The notes under the pieces: model-generated
Seen by the model: only the letters and a program-made list of their open reading frames with translations
What the model was told of the DNA's origin: nothing
Database searches by the model: none
Assembly: GCA_034408725.1 (NCBI GenBank)
Contig: JAWXCN010000182.1
Span: forward strand, 32,235-96,234
DNA from: Candidatus Hydrogenedentota bacterium
GTDB lineage: Bacteria > Hydrogenedentota > Hydrogenedentia > Hydrogenedentales > SLHB01
Direction: 5' to 3'
DNA length: 64,000 bases
Part shown: positions 8,044-17,745 of the stretch, in pieces
Position numbering within the stretch: position 1 is the stretch's first letter
How the letters are laid out: each line of letters begins with the position of its first letter
Program-made: the position numbers and the translations under genes

Positions 8044-9717
8044 ATGATCAAGCGTCCTACCCGTCTCAGTGCACAAGTTTTTCTTGAATTGCCGCCTATT
8101 TTAGGCCATTACCTTGAAAACTCCCGGTCTTCCTGGATTGAGAGCAACCCCTCTGCGGGCAAGGTGATGTTTATGGGGCGGCCCGGTTTTTTTGAGGACC
8201 ATGAGTCTGCTGCCGTCCAGCGACGGCAGCTTCTGAGTTCTTTTGGCCGCGATCGCACCCGGGCGGTCTACTATCGAATTGGTTTTGAACAGGGTCGCCG
8301 TGACGCTCTGCGTCACCTGGAGCAATATGATGGGAATGTGCGGCTTGCGCTCCAAGCGGCAATGGTATTCTCACAGATGACGGGAAAACTGTTCGCTGAC
8401 GCAGTCCGTTTTGAGTTTGATCTTGAGTCAAATACACTTTACCGGGAAATGACACTTCCGAACTCACCGGAAGCCGGCGTTCACCGTCTTGCGACAACCG
8501 ACCCCGCAGATTTCGTATGTTGGAATAGCTGCGGTTACATCTCGGGGCATACCAGTGAAATTATCGGCCGACAGGTGCTGGCACTGGAAAAGACCTGCAT
8601 TGCGTCTGGAAAGACGCCGTGCCGGATTATCGCCAAGTTTGACCCGGAATGGGGCGAAGAAGCGGCTTGGGCGAGAAACGCGCTTAAGGGCGAGAACATA
8701 GACTCTGAAATGAGTGAGCGGGACGGGCAGCTCGCGCATCACAAGGAAGCGGCCAGCCGATCAATGGCCGCACTCAACAGTTTGAACCGCCGCCTCAAGA
8801 CGGACCTGCTCATTGACAGCCTCGTTGCCGAATCCGAAAACATGCAGCCGGTCATTCGCAGGACGCGCCAGGTAGCGCAGTCGGACGTGCCCGTGCTGAT
8901 GGTTGGCGAACCGGGCACGGGCCGGGCGACATTGGCGCGCGCGATTCATTTCGCCAGCAGCAGAAAGTCTGGACCCTTTGAAATCGTCGATTGCCGTTCG
9001 TTGGCCGCGTCGCTACTTGTGCAGGAATTGGCGGGATTCGAGGCGGGCGCATTTCTGGGCGCGTCGCGCGGACACACCGGCGCGCTTGCGCGCGCGCACC
9101 GAGGCACGATTTTCTTTGATGACATAGCCCAACTTTCGACTGAAGCGCAGGGATTGGTGCTGCGAGTATTGGAAGAAAAAACCGTCATGCCTCTTGGCGC
9201 GAGCGAACCGGCGAAGGCTGACGCGCGCGTCATTGCCGTGACACAAAGCGATCCGCTGGCGTTGGTGGCCGCAGGCAAACTGCGCGAAGATTTATATTAT
9301 GCAATCGCGATCGGCCGGCTGGATGTGCCGCCGTTACGAGACCGGCTCGATTGTATTCTTCCGCTCGCGCATGGATTCATGGCAGAAGCCCGCGAACGTT
9401 ATGATCGGCCTGCTGCCCAATTCTCAACGGAGTTCAAACAAGCCCTGCTCGATTGCGCGTGGCCGGGGAATCTTCGCCAGCTTCGCAATACGATTGAACA
9501 TTCCGTTGTGTTTGGGCCAAACCGCGAGCTGGGAATTGAAGACTTGCCCGAGGAAATCATTTCGTTTCGTTCGGTCCGGCCGAGCCAGGAGCTAACACCC
9601 GACGTGCTCAGGGCAATGTTGAAGCGCACGCGTGGCAATCGTTCGGAGGCCGCGGAACTGCTTGGCATAGGGCGCACGACGCTGTGGCGGCTGATGAAAC
9701 GTTCCAACATTGATTGA
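8044..9717 (+). CDS. Sigma54-dependent enhancer-binding protein of the XylR/DmpR type. Domains: XylR-N/V4R sensory domain, AAA+ domain, Fis-type HTH.
   Basis: V4R-like cysteine pattern FVCWNSCGYISGHTSEII...EKTCIASGKTPCRIIAKF. Walker A GEPGTGRATLARAIH. Loop FEAGAFLGA, a variant of GAFTGA. GTIFFDDIAQL. C-terminal HTH LLGIGRTTLWRLMKR. Confidence 0.8.
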   Translation: MIKRPTRLSAQVFLELPPILGHYLENSRSSWIESNPSAGKVMFMGRPGFFEDHESAAVQRRQLLSSFGRDRTRAVYYRIGFEQGRRDALRHLEQYDGNVRLALQAAMVFSQMTGKLFADAVRFEFDLESNTLYREMTLPNSPEAGVHRLATTDPADFVCWNSCGYISGHTSEIIGRQVLALEKTCIASGKTPCRIIAKFDPEWGEEAAWARNALKGENIDSEMSERDGQLAHHKEAASRSMAALNSLNRRLKTDLLIDSLVAESENMQPVIRRTRQVAQSDVPVLMVGEPGTGRATLARAIHFASSRKSGPFEIVDCRSLAASLLVQELAGFEAGAFLGASRGHTGALARAHRGTIFFDDIAQLSTEAQGLVLRVLEEKTVMPLGASEPAKADARVIAVTQSDPLALVAAGKLREDLYYAIAIGRLDVPPLRDRLDCILPLAHGFMAEARERYDRPAAQFSTEFKQALLDCAWPGNLRQLRNTIEHSVVFGPNRELGIEDLPEEIISFRSVRPSQELTPDVLRAMLKRTRGNRSEAAELLGIGRTTLWRLMKRSNID

Positions 9718-11692
9718 TGGTTTCGCCGCTAGCGGTGAGTATTGTGAGAGGATTTTCGTGTACGCCAATTGCATCCGCATTGTAAGTTGCCTGTGGCTTG
9801 CCGCGTGCGCATACGCAGACATGCGCGTGCTGGTTACGGGAGAGGCCCCGTTCGCAAGTGTGAGCATCGTGGACGGGGATGTGCCTGTATTCACGCCAAT
9901 AAATGGGGCTAGCCTGCACATCATCACCCCTTCCCTGGATGTTCCCCTACCGATCACCGAAATCAACACGAGTGACGGCGCTATGAATATCGTGCATGAA
10001 TTGCTGGACGTTTACACGATAACGCAGACGTTTAGTCAACGTACTCCGAATCTGATTCAACGGACGGTAACGGTGACCGGCACGAACGACCTCCGATACG
10101 TGCTGGATTTCGGATGGCGTGCGGAGCAGGACGGCGCCTTGTACTCATTTACAGGTGAAGAACCGGAAACTAAAACTTACACTCCGAGTTGCAGCGGGCC
10201 GGAATTTGGCGGCGGATCTCATCAGACTTTTCCATTCGTGGGGTATCTCCATGCGGATATGCTGTATGGATTGATCGGCGACACTCCCGGTCTTTGGGAG
10301 AACCGGTGTTTCATGTCATTCGACACAGCCTCGCGCGCATTGCACCTCGCGAACGGCGACGGCTCGGCGAAGCGCGTTATCAGCATTCCGCGTGAATTGG
10401 ACGCGACGACGGTGTACCGGGCCACGTTCGATGGCTGGCAACATCTTGAAGCGGGGGAGACGCAGACCTACACGACGTGGCTTTTTTCGTCGCCGGCGAA
10501 AACGCTCTACGATGTTCAAATGGGCGCACACACCGGCCTGGCAAATGCAAAGGGCTGGAACAACTCGGCGCTCGAAGCGATCCTCCGCAATACTTCGTAC
10601 ATGCTTCTACGGCGCAATTTGTTGCGCCCCGAATCCGACTATCAATTCATATCCGGCGTTGGGTACGGATGGAAGCAATGGGTCACCGATGGGTTTTACA
10701 TGAGCCGCGGCCTGGATGATCCCAAATACGACGCGGCTGCGTTCAACGCAGTATTTTACGACAGAATTGCGTATGAAGATAATGCACAGTACTACTTGAT
10801 CTGGGCGGTGCTCGTGAAACGCGCGGGTGGCGACATCGACATGCGCACGGTTGATCGCGCATACCATTTCATGCGCGCAAACGAACGCGACGGACTGTTC
10901 CAACCGCCGCGATTGAAACCGGACCATAAAGGGTTTCGCACCTACCACGATTTACTCGAATACGAGGACGGCGACACGCCATCGTCGAATCAGGGGTTTC
11001 ATTGCGGCGCGCTGTTCGCCGCGCGTGAGTTGGGCTATGCCATAACCGACGACGAAATTGCGCGAGCCAAGTCTGGCTACGCGCGCATGTTTAATGTTGA
11101 TGGCGGGTATATGCAGACGAGCCTGATGCAACCGCACCATATTGGCCAGGATTCATTGTATGGCGAAGTGCTTACGTATGCGGTGTTCGGCGAAAAATTA
11201 TTGCCTGATGACATCGTGAAGAAACATCTTGAAACAACGATGCGCATTCAATCGCCCTACGGCATGCGCGTGATTTCCAAGGCCAACGGCGAGCTGCTCG
11301 AAGGCCATTCGGGAGTTTATGTTTTCGGCGGATCGTGGTTTCTCAATGACTCCGCGAACTACCTTTGCGGCTTGATCCATGGAATGGATCCGCAATGGGT
11401 GGATGATCAACTCGTTTGGCGATTGGAAAAGGAACTCGCGCACATGCCAGCTTTCCACGAGTCGATTAGTACGGTGAACGGCCAGCCGCACGGTCATCAT
11501 TTGTATTCGTGGAATTCCGGCTATCACTGGCTGCGTAAGGAAGTCCTGAAACGCTTGAACCATACCGCGCCGGATGCCGTGGAACAACGACTCGACGTGC
11601 TATTGGGCGTGACACGCGCAGACGGTTATCTCGTAGTCGACAACGCGGCCACTGGCACGCTACGCAACGCGGCGAATGCAACGGCGAATTAG
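9710..11692 (+). CDS. Hypothetical 660-aa protein, possibly an (alpha/alpha)6-toroid glycoside-hydrolase-like fold. It overlaps the activator stop by 8 nt.
   Basis: Long ORF. The C-terminal half (NQGFHCGALFAARELGY...GGSWFLNDSANYLCGLIHG) looks like six-hairpin glycosidase folds, but that is only a weak impression. The N-terminus is probably shorter than listed. Confidence 0.5.
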   Translation: MIDGFAASGEYCERIFVYANCIRIVSCLWLAACAYADMRVLVTGEAPFASVSIVDGDVPVFTPINGASLHIITPSLDVPLPITEINTSDGAMNIVHELLDVYTITQTFSQRTPNLIQRTVTVTGTNDLRYVLDFGWRAEQDGALYSFTGEEPETKTYTPSCSGPEFGGGSHQTFPFVGYLHADMLYGLIGDTPGLWENRCFMSFDTASRALHLANGDGSAKRVISIPRELDATTVYRATFDGWQHLEAGETQTYTTWLFSSPAKTLYDVQMGAHTGLANAKGWNNSALEAILRNTSYMLLRRNLLRPESDYQFISGVGYGWKQWVTDGFYMSRGLDDPKYDAAAFNAVFYDRIAYEDNAQYYLIWAVLVKRAGGDIDMRTVDRAYHFMRANERDGLFQPPRLKPDHKGFRTYHDLLEYEDGDTPSSNQGFHCGALFAARELGYAITDDEIARAKSGYARMFNVDGGYMQTSLMQPHHIGQDSLYGEVLTYAVFGEKLLPDDIVKKHLETTMRIQSPYGMRVISKANGELLEGHSGVYVFGGSWFLNDSANYLCGLIHGMDPQWVDDQLVWRLEKELAHMPAFHESISTVNGQPHGHHLYSWNSGYHWLRKEVLKRLNHTAPDAVEQRLDVLLGVTRADGYLVVDNAATGTLRNAANATAN

Positions 11693-11958
11693 CGCGGCAC
11701 CCACAGAATCGGATGGCCATTGAAATGTTGGCCGGCGGGTGGCGCGTCGCGCTGCACCCAGGCCGGAAGTTTTCCATTGGCCTTCTGTTTGTCGTAGAAC
11801 ACCGGCCACCACTCAGCCGGCAGACGGATCGTTTCACCCGGACCGAGGCGGGTCGCAGCATCCCACGCGGCCCGTTCCACGACATAGCGCACCCGATCGA
11901 TAGGCATCAATTCAAAAGCAGTTTTACCCATGGTGTGTTGGCTCCCATTCCGCACCAC
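11689..11958 (-). CDS. Small hypothetical protein of 89 aa, convergent with the previous gene and overlapping it by 4 nt.
   Basis: ORF only. It would otherwise sit in a 570-bp gap. No motif recognised. Confidence 0.3.
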   Translation of the reverse strand: MVRNGSQHTMGKTAFELMPIDRVRYVVERAAWDAATRLGPGETIRLPAEWWPVFYDKQKANGKLPAWVQRDAPPAGQHFNGHPILWVPR

Positions 11959-12260
11959 AATACCGTATTTATTACGTTTTTGGAAGACCCTGATTCATTT
12001 TTTTTGGCGTGAACCGGTGTCCAGACTACGCAAAGTGTTGCAACTGCGAGAATGAAATACCGAAATAGGGCAGGATGCTTTCAACCCGGAGGGCGGGAAA
12101 ATCTGAAACTCGCCGTTCCCCTGACGCGGAATCCTGAGGGTAAAATCGTCCTTCAATTATCCGGGTTCTGTTTTTGCGGGAAAGAGAATTCCCCGCCAAT
12201 TGCATTTCTTGGTTAAACTTTGTTCGTGGGGGATGATAAAGAAGTCATGGGTGGGTAAGC

Positions 12261-13544
12261 GTGACGTCCGGCTCATTCTATAAAGCCGTCTGGCGCTGGC
12301 ATTTTTATGCCGGCCTTTTCTCGATGCCGTTCTTGCTCTTACTTTCGGCAACGGGCGCAATTTATCTATTCGACACACAAATCGAGGAAATTCTATACAG
12401 GGAGTATTTTTTCGTTGCGCCCGCATCCACCCGCGCACTGAGCCTTTCTGCGATACGCGCGGCGTCGCTGGGCCTAGGGGAGGGAGAAAAGCCCATCACG
12501 TATTTCCCTCCCGCCGCGCCGGACCGATCGTCCGCGTTCACGATTCTGAACGAGAGAAACGAGATTCGAAACGTATACATAAATCCGTACACGGGTACCG
12601 TGCTTGGTTCGATTTCAGGCAACGAGCGGCTCATGTTTACGATCAAGCGGCTTCACAACCTCGAGATTGCCGGGGTGATCGGAAACAGAATGGTCGAGTG
12701 CATTGCGGGATGGGCGATGATTCTATTTATTTCCGGCGTCTACCTCTGGTGGCCAAAATCCATTCGCGATGCAGTGCGCGTTCGCGGCGGGCCCGGGCAA
12801 CGAAGTTTCTGGCGCGACTTGCATCGTGTCGCCGGTATCGCGGCGGGCGGCGTGATTTGTTTTCAGGCCGCGACGGGGTTGCCGTGGTCGGGCGTCTGGG
12901 GGGATTTCCTGCGAAGGGGGATCGAGGCTGCGGGCCAGGGGATTCCTCCATTGGTGCGCGATGACCGGCCCGAGTCGATTCTACCGCGGAGTGAAGCTGC
13001 CTCCTCCGACATTGGTTTGGACAGGATAGTCGCCTTTGCCGAAACACTTGGCATGCCGCCGGGCTATGGCGTATCCATTCCTTCGACTCCGCAAAGTGTA
13101 TATACGGCAATGACTCTAACGCCGGACGATCCAGCGGATCAGCGGGTTATTCACTTCGACCGCTATTCTGGAGAAGTGATCGCCGATATCGGATTCCGGG
13201 AGTATGGCGGCGCGTCGAGGCTCGTTGAATTGGGAATGGCTGTCCACATGGGAAACTATTTTGGAACGGCGAACCGGCTTCTCATGCTTGCCGCATGCAT
13301 CGGCGTTTGGGTGCTTGCGGCGACAGGGATCGTGATGTGGTGGAAACGGCGGCCGAAGAGCGGCGGTCTCGTCACGCCACCACAGCCTGAGCGGCGAGAA
13401 GCGCGTGCGGTGTTTATCGTCACAGTGATCATTTCGCTGTTGTTCCCGCTGACCGCTTTGTCGCTTGTGATGCTTGTCGTAGTGGACCGATTCGCGCTCG
13501 CGGGATGGGGCAGACTTCGAAATGCCCCTCCTCGCGCATCCTAG
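12261..13544 (+). CDS. PepSY-associated transmembrane helix protein, PiuB-like.
   Basis: The GTG-start N-terminus FYKAVWRWHFYAGLFSMPFLLLLSATGAIYLF is the hallmark of PepSY-TM proteins. Hydrophobic segments are distributed through the protein. Confidence 0.7.
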   Translation: MTSGSFYKAVWRWHFYAGLFSMPFLLLLSATGAIYLFDTQIEEILYREYFFVAPASTRALSLSAIRAASLGLGEGEKPITYFPPAAPDRSSAFTILNERNEIRNVYINPYTGTVLGSISGNERLMFTIKRLHNLEIAGVIGNRMVECIAGWAMILFISGVYLWWPKSIRDAVRVRGGPGQRSFWRDLHRVAGIAAGGVICFQAATGLPWSGVWGDFLRRGIEAAGQGIPPLVRDDRPESILPRSEAASSDIGLDRIVAFAETLGMPPGYGVSIPSTPQSVYTAMTLTPDDPADQRVIHFDRYSGEVIADIGFREYGGASRLVELGMAVHMGNYFGTANRLLMLAACIGVWVLAATGIVMWWKRRPKSGGLVTPPQPERREARAVFIVTVIISLLFPLTALSLVMLVVVDRFALAGWGRLRNAPPRAS

Positions 13545-13711
13545 CGGAAGACCAATAACCCGAACTCAAGGCTCTCACCCGATACGCCGCTACACACCGT
13601 CAGAATTCCTGCTGAACAGGTTGTATATCGGTTTGTATAATCTTTTTACGATTCCCTGACAACTCTGCGCCGAGCGAAGGATAGACTGGCAAAATAGGAG
13701 GTACAGGAAAA

Positions 13712-14098
13712 ATGAAAACCCTACTCAAGTTTGCCGCAGTGATCAGTTCCTCATTACTCGTCGCGGGATTTGTAATGTACCGTGCGAGCACACGGGCAGA
13801 TGCAACGCCACCCGATAAGAGGACTGGGGTAACGTATTCCCTCGGTTCGACGCCAACACTCATGCCAGGGTCGAAGAGCGCAATGCCATTTCCGTCACAA
13901 CCTGCAAACGCGCAAGCCGGCGCGGAGCAATCGCGCACGCTATGGCACGGCACAAAGAGTGGCGCGGTTGCAAGACCTGCTGATGTGCCATTGAACAGTT
14001 TGGAAAAGGAAAACTCCGTTGAAGTGAATTCATCGCCGGGTCCCGTCCAACTCCTTCCCGGATCGAAGTCGATGGTGATTCGCGGGGAATCGCAATGA
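13712..14098 (+). CDS. Small secreted protein with an internal repeat, LMPGSKSAM and LLPGSKSMV.
   Basis: GGAGG ribosome-binding site 8 nt upstream. Signal-peptide-like N-terminus MKTLLKFAAVISSSLLVAGFV. The stop overlaps the next start (ATGA). Confidence 0.5.
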   Translation: MKTLLKFAAVISSSLLVAGFVMYRASTRADATPPDKRTGVTYSLGSTPTLMPGSKSAMPFPSQPANAQAGAEQSRTLWHGTKSGAVARPADVPLNSLEKENSVEVNSSPGPVQLLPGSKSMVIRGESQ

Positions 14099-14922
14099 AC
14101 GGCGTGTCGGCACTGCTGCTGTCCAGCGCGGCAAGTTTTCTATTTCTCTTCCTCGTGTTCCGGCCCTTGGAAACGGCATTCCCCGCGAAGACGGGCCAGC
14201 GTTTTTTCCGTCCAGAATGGTGGACGGACCTCTGCTTCTTTCTGGGACAATACCTGTTGTGGAGCGGTGTCGTCATAGGCATGCTGACATATTTTGGCGG
14301 CGGGCTGCGGGCGATGCTTCCCATCGGGTTTCGCGATGCCGTTGCGGGGCAACCGTGGTGGCTTCAGGCAGTGGAAGTAGTGTTGTTGAGCGATCTGGTG
14401 GTGTATTGGGGCCATCGTATTCAACACCGCGTGCCGGTGCTGTGGCGTTTCCACTCGATTCATCACAGCGCGGAACATCTCGACTGGCTCGCCGCGCACC
14501 GGGAACATCCGGTGGATACCGTGTATACCTTGGGGCTGATCAATTTGCCCGTGTTCTTCCTGGGATTTCCAATGGAGACGTTGGGAGGCCTGATTGCGTT
14601 TCGCGGCATTTGGGCGATCTACATTCACTCGAATGTGCGATTGCCGATTGGGCCGTTGCGTATGCTCATTGGCGCGCCCGAATTGCATCACTGGCATCAC
14701 GACCGGGACCGGCATGCGGGCAACTATGCGAACATATCGCCGCTGATGGATGTGCTATTCGGAACATATCAGTGCCCAGATCGCGAACCCGAACGGTTTG
14801 GCATCAACGAGCGCATTTCGCGAAGTTATTTCGGGCAGATGATCCATCCGTTCCGGGGAACAAGAGTTGAATTGGATACTGTGGAATTCGATCGAACGCG
14901 CCGTGAACCTACTCCGGGTTAA
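14095..14922 (+). CDS. Fatty acid hydroxylase / sterol desaturase superfamily membrane protein.
   Basis: Three histidine boxes: HRIQH, HSIHHS and HHWHH, in a polytopic membrane context. Confidence 0.75.
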   Translation: MNGVSALLLSSAASFLFLFLVFRPLETAFPAKTGQRFFRPEWWTDLCFFLGQYLLWSGVVIGMLTYFGGGLRAMLPIGFRDAVAGQPWWLQAVEVVLLSDLVVYWGHRIQHRVPVLWRFHSIHHSAEHLDWLAAHREHPVDTVYTLGLINLPVFFLGFPMETLGGLIAFRGIWAIYIHSNVRLPIGPLRMLIGAPELHHWHHDRDRHAGNYANISPLMDVLFGTYQCPDREPERFGINERISRSYFGQMIHPFRGTRVELDTVEFDRTRREPTPG

Positions 14923-14976
14923 GCCCGGCTGGTTCGGCGATCATGCAAATTCAGAATCCGAAGTGAGCACGTCCTC

Positions 14977-16284
14977 CTAAATCTCCACCGCATCGGCATG
15001 AGACGTTGCATGGAGCCGCAGCACCGCGCTGCGCAAGGTGCTTTGTGTCAGACCGAGAATGCGCAACGCTTCCGTGCAATCGGCTTCGAGGTTGCGCTCC
15101 ATTTGGACGATATGATGGGCCAGCGCGGTCACCGCGACGGTGTCATGCGATTTCGGCGCGCTTTCGGGCGTATTCATGAAGCGGATCGTGTTCAGCACCG
15201 GTTCGGGCAGACCCCAGGCCGCGGCAAGCTCGGACCCGGCGTCACTCTCCGTAATTCCATACAATTCCAATTCACGTTGACGGCGCAGGCCGGCGGGATG
15301 AATGTTGAAAACGTCGGGATAGTTTGCGAAATCGAGATGGAGCAGGGCGAGCGACCCGATGCTGTGCAACAAGGCCGCTTCGTAGATGCCTGGCGCCGCG
15401 ACGTTCGCGTAATTCTTTGCGATGTTCCCCGCGGTTTCCGCTACTGCCACGGCAGTCTCCCGCCACGCGGTGTACGTGGGTTCAGCGAAGCGTAGCTGTG
15501 TATCGAAAGTGGTTAGAGACTGGACAGTTTCAATCACGGCGCTCAGTCCGAGAATGCGGATGGCGTCGTGCCGGTCTACGATCTGTCTCCTGCACGTCCA
15601 CTCCCGCGCGTTTGCAGTCGCGAGCACATGGGCCAACGCGATAGGGTCGCGGGACAAGATGTTCGCGGCGCGTTCCGCGTTGATCCCGCCTACACCTCCG
15701 AGCATTGAGAATCGGCCTTTGGTGTGGCGGGAAATCGGAAGTGACTCCAAAGCACGAACTCGGGAAAGGGTCTGCTGCGCGTTTGTTAGGGCTGAATTCT
15801 TGGATGGGGCGGGACTACTCGATCGCCCGACGGTTTGAACCGAATTCAATATCTCATAATCCAAGGGATACATGGTATGCGCCGCTTCGCGAAATTCCTT
15901 CGCGCGGCACAACACAGGTTTGACCCGGAGTCCTGTCAACGTCTCGGCAGCCTGGATACCCTCGATGTCAAACGGATAGACCATGACGACGGTGAGCAGG
16001 CGGCCAAGCCGATCGACCGGGAGCATTTCATGTTTCAGAACAAGGTCGCGTGGCAGCAAGTTGGCGACGTGATCGGAGACCTTGCAGTTGACGGGATTGA
16101 ATGCAGGCACGCCACGCCGCGCGAGAAAGCGGTAAAAGTCGTCCGGGGCCAGCGAACCCATCTCCACGAGAATGCCGACTGTTTTTCCGCCCCGGCTTTG
16201 CTGATATTCGAGGGCCTGAGCCAGTTGGAATTCACTGATAAGATCAGCTTCGACAAGCAAATCTCCGACACGCGTGCATGACAT
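14977..16284 (-). CDS. Protein with an MshEN/T2SSE-N-like (c-di-GMP-binding type) N-terminal domain fused to an HDOD domain.
   Basis: N-terminal 24-mer RVGDLLVEADLISEFQLAQALEYQ fits the MshEN c-di-GMP motif RLGxxLLxxGLLxxxxLxxxLxxQ at most constrained positions except G10 to D. C-terminal HDOD hallmarks are ILSRDPIALAHVLATANA, LLHSIGSLALL (HD degenerated to HS) and ELELYGITESDAGSELAAAWGLPEPV. Confidence 0.65.
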   Translation of the reverse strand: MSCTRVGDLLVEADLISEFQLAQALEYQQSRGGKTVGILVEMGSLAPDDFYRFLARRGVPAFNPVNCKVSDHVANLLPRDLVLKHEMLPVDRLGRLLTVVMVYPFDIEGIQAAETLTGLRVKPVLCRAKEFREAAHTMYPLDYEILNSVQTVGRSSSPAPSKNSALTNAQQTLSRVRALESLPISRHTKGRFSMLGGVGGINAERAANILSRDPIALAHVLATANAREWTCRRQIVDRHDAIRILGLSAVIETVQSLTTFDTQLRFAEPTYTAWRETAVAVAETAGNIAKNYANVAAPGIYEAALLHSIGSLALLHLDFANYPDVFNIHPAGLRRQRELELYGITESDAGSELAAAWGLPEPVLNTIRFMNTPESAPKSHDTVAVTALAHHIVQMERNLEADCTEALRILGLTQSTLRSAVLRLHATSHADAVEI

Positions 16285-16602
16285 AGCCTGGTCCTCTCAC
16301 CGGTGATATTCACCTTTGTTGAGCGCGCTGGAGCTTGGAGTGCAACAACCGCGCCAATTCCCGATATGAGAGGGCGCATGCGACTAATGTCACGTATGGC
16401 AAGGGTTTTCATCCGATCCTGAACAGCACATTCTCGGTGACAGGAGAAATTTATATCGGCAAGTTGTCACTCCTGAATAACAATTACTCGCCGGAGCGCA
16501 TGATTGCGCGAATCAAAGCCGTGGTTAGATCGCAAATGGCTTGACGATTCTTTTTTCCTCAATGCGCGCCATGATAAACTGACGCGTTTATGTCGCGTTT
16601 CC

Positions 16603-17739
16603 ATGACGCGCAGATTTCAGGGAAAGACACCGATGCCGTTTGAACAGTTAGACCGCACAAAAGTTATGTGTAAGCCTTTGGCCCAACGGGCCAATAAGGT
16701 GCATATCGAAAGCGATCATGTTTCCCCCGGGACCCAACCCCGCCCACTGAATGAAAATGCCCAACACATCGTTCGTGAGATTGTCGAGCGCCTCAAACAC
16801 GCGAAAGACAAAGGCGCGTCGCGCATGCTTACCTTTGGAGCGCACGCGATAAAGAACGGACTCGGACCCGTTTTTGCGAAACTCATCGAAGAAGGTTGGA
16901 TAACGCATCTCGCGACGAATGGCGCCGGCATTATTCATGACTGGGAATTCGCGTACCTCGGACACAGCAGCGAAGACGTGCGCGCCAACGTGACGAAGGG
17001 AGAATTCGGAACGTGGGAGGAAACGGGCTTCTACATCAATCTTGCGATTCTCGCTGGCGCGTTCAACGGTTTCGGGTATGGAGAAAGTGTTGGGGCGTTG
17101 GTCGAAAACGAGGGATTGGAAATTCCATCTGAAGCCGAGCTCACGGACCTTGTGAAGTTTCACGTTGAGTCCGAACCTGACCGTGCGGCGGCGGCGGCGG
17201 ACTTTTTGTCCCACGTGCGGAGTTTTGGTCTTGAAGCGGGCTGGATGTCCGTGCCGCATCCGTTCAAGCAGTACGGATTGCAAAGCGCAGCGTACCGGCT
17301 CGGAGTGCCGTATACAGGGCATCCCATGATAGGACACGACATTATTTACGTGCATCCGATGAACAATTGCGCGGCGATTGGCCGCGCGTCGCAACGTGAT
17401 TTCCTTTCGTTCGCGCAGAATATATCCAAACTCGAGGACGGCGTCTACATTTCGATTGGTTCGGCGGTGATGTCGCCGATGATATTCGAGAAGTCATTGT
17501 CCATGGCGCAAAATATCGCCATTCAAGCGGGAGGGCATATCGACAATCATTTTATGGCGATTGTGGATTTGGCGGAATCGCACTGGGACTGGACCAAAGG
17601 CGAACCGCCTGCCGATAATCCCGACTATTATTTGCGATACAACAAGACCTTCGCGCGGATGGGCGGGACCATGCGATACTTGTCGGCGGACAATCGCGAT
17701 TTTTTGTTGACGCTTGTTCATGCTTTGGAAAACGGATGA
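16603..17739 (+). CDS. Deoxyhypusine synthase-like protein. The start is the ATG at 16603; the track's TTG at 16504 is over-extended.
   Basis: WITHLATNGAGIIHDWEF resembles the deoxyhypusine synthase motif VDVIVTTAGGIEEDLIK. About 370 aa. Confidence 0.55.
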   Translation: MTRRFQGKTPMPFEQLDRTKVMCKPLAQRANKVHIESDHVSPGTQPRPLNENAQHIVREIVERLKHAKDKGASRMLTFGAHAIKNGLGPVFAKLIEEGWITHLATNGAGIIHDWEFAYLGHSSEDVRANVTKGEFGTWEETGFYINLAILAGAFNGFGYGESVGALVENEGLEIPSEAELTDLVKFHVESEPDRAAAAADFLSHVRSFGLEAGWMSVPHPFKQYGLQSAAYRLGVPYTGHPMIGHDIIYVHPMNNCAAIGRASQRDFLSFAQNISKLEDGVYISIGSAVMSPMIFEKSLSMAQNIAIQAGGHIDNHFMAIVDLAESHWDWTKGEPPADNPDYYLRYNKTFARMGGTMRYLSADNRDFLLTLVHALENG

Positions 17740-17745
17740 CACTTC

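Noticed and set aside
8761-9278. Several 60-110-aa antisense ORFs inside the sigma54 activator gene.
   Set aside because: Antisense to a well-supported CDS with conserved AAA+ motifs. Arg/Ala/Pro-rich composition typical of spurious high-GC ORFs.
11640-11670. TGGCAC-containing sequence resembling a sigma54 -24 element (ctggcacgctacgcaac).
   Set aside because: Spacing and -12 element (GC at the wrong distance) do not fit TGGCACG-N4-TTGCW, and it lies inside the coding sequence of the 660-aa gene.
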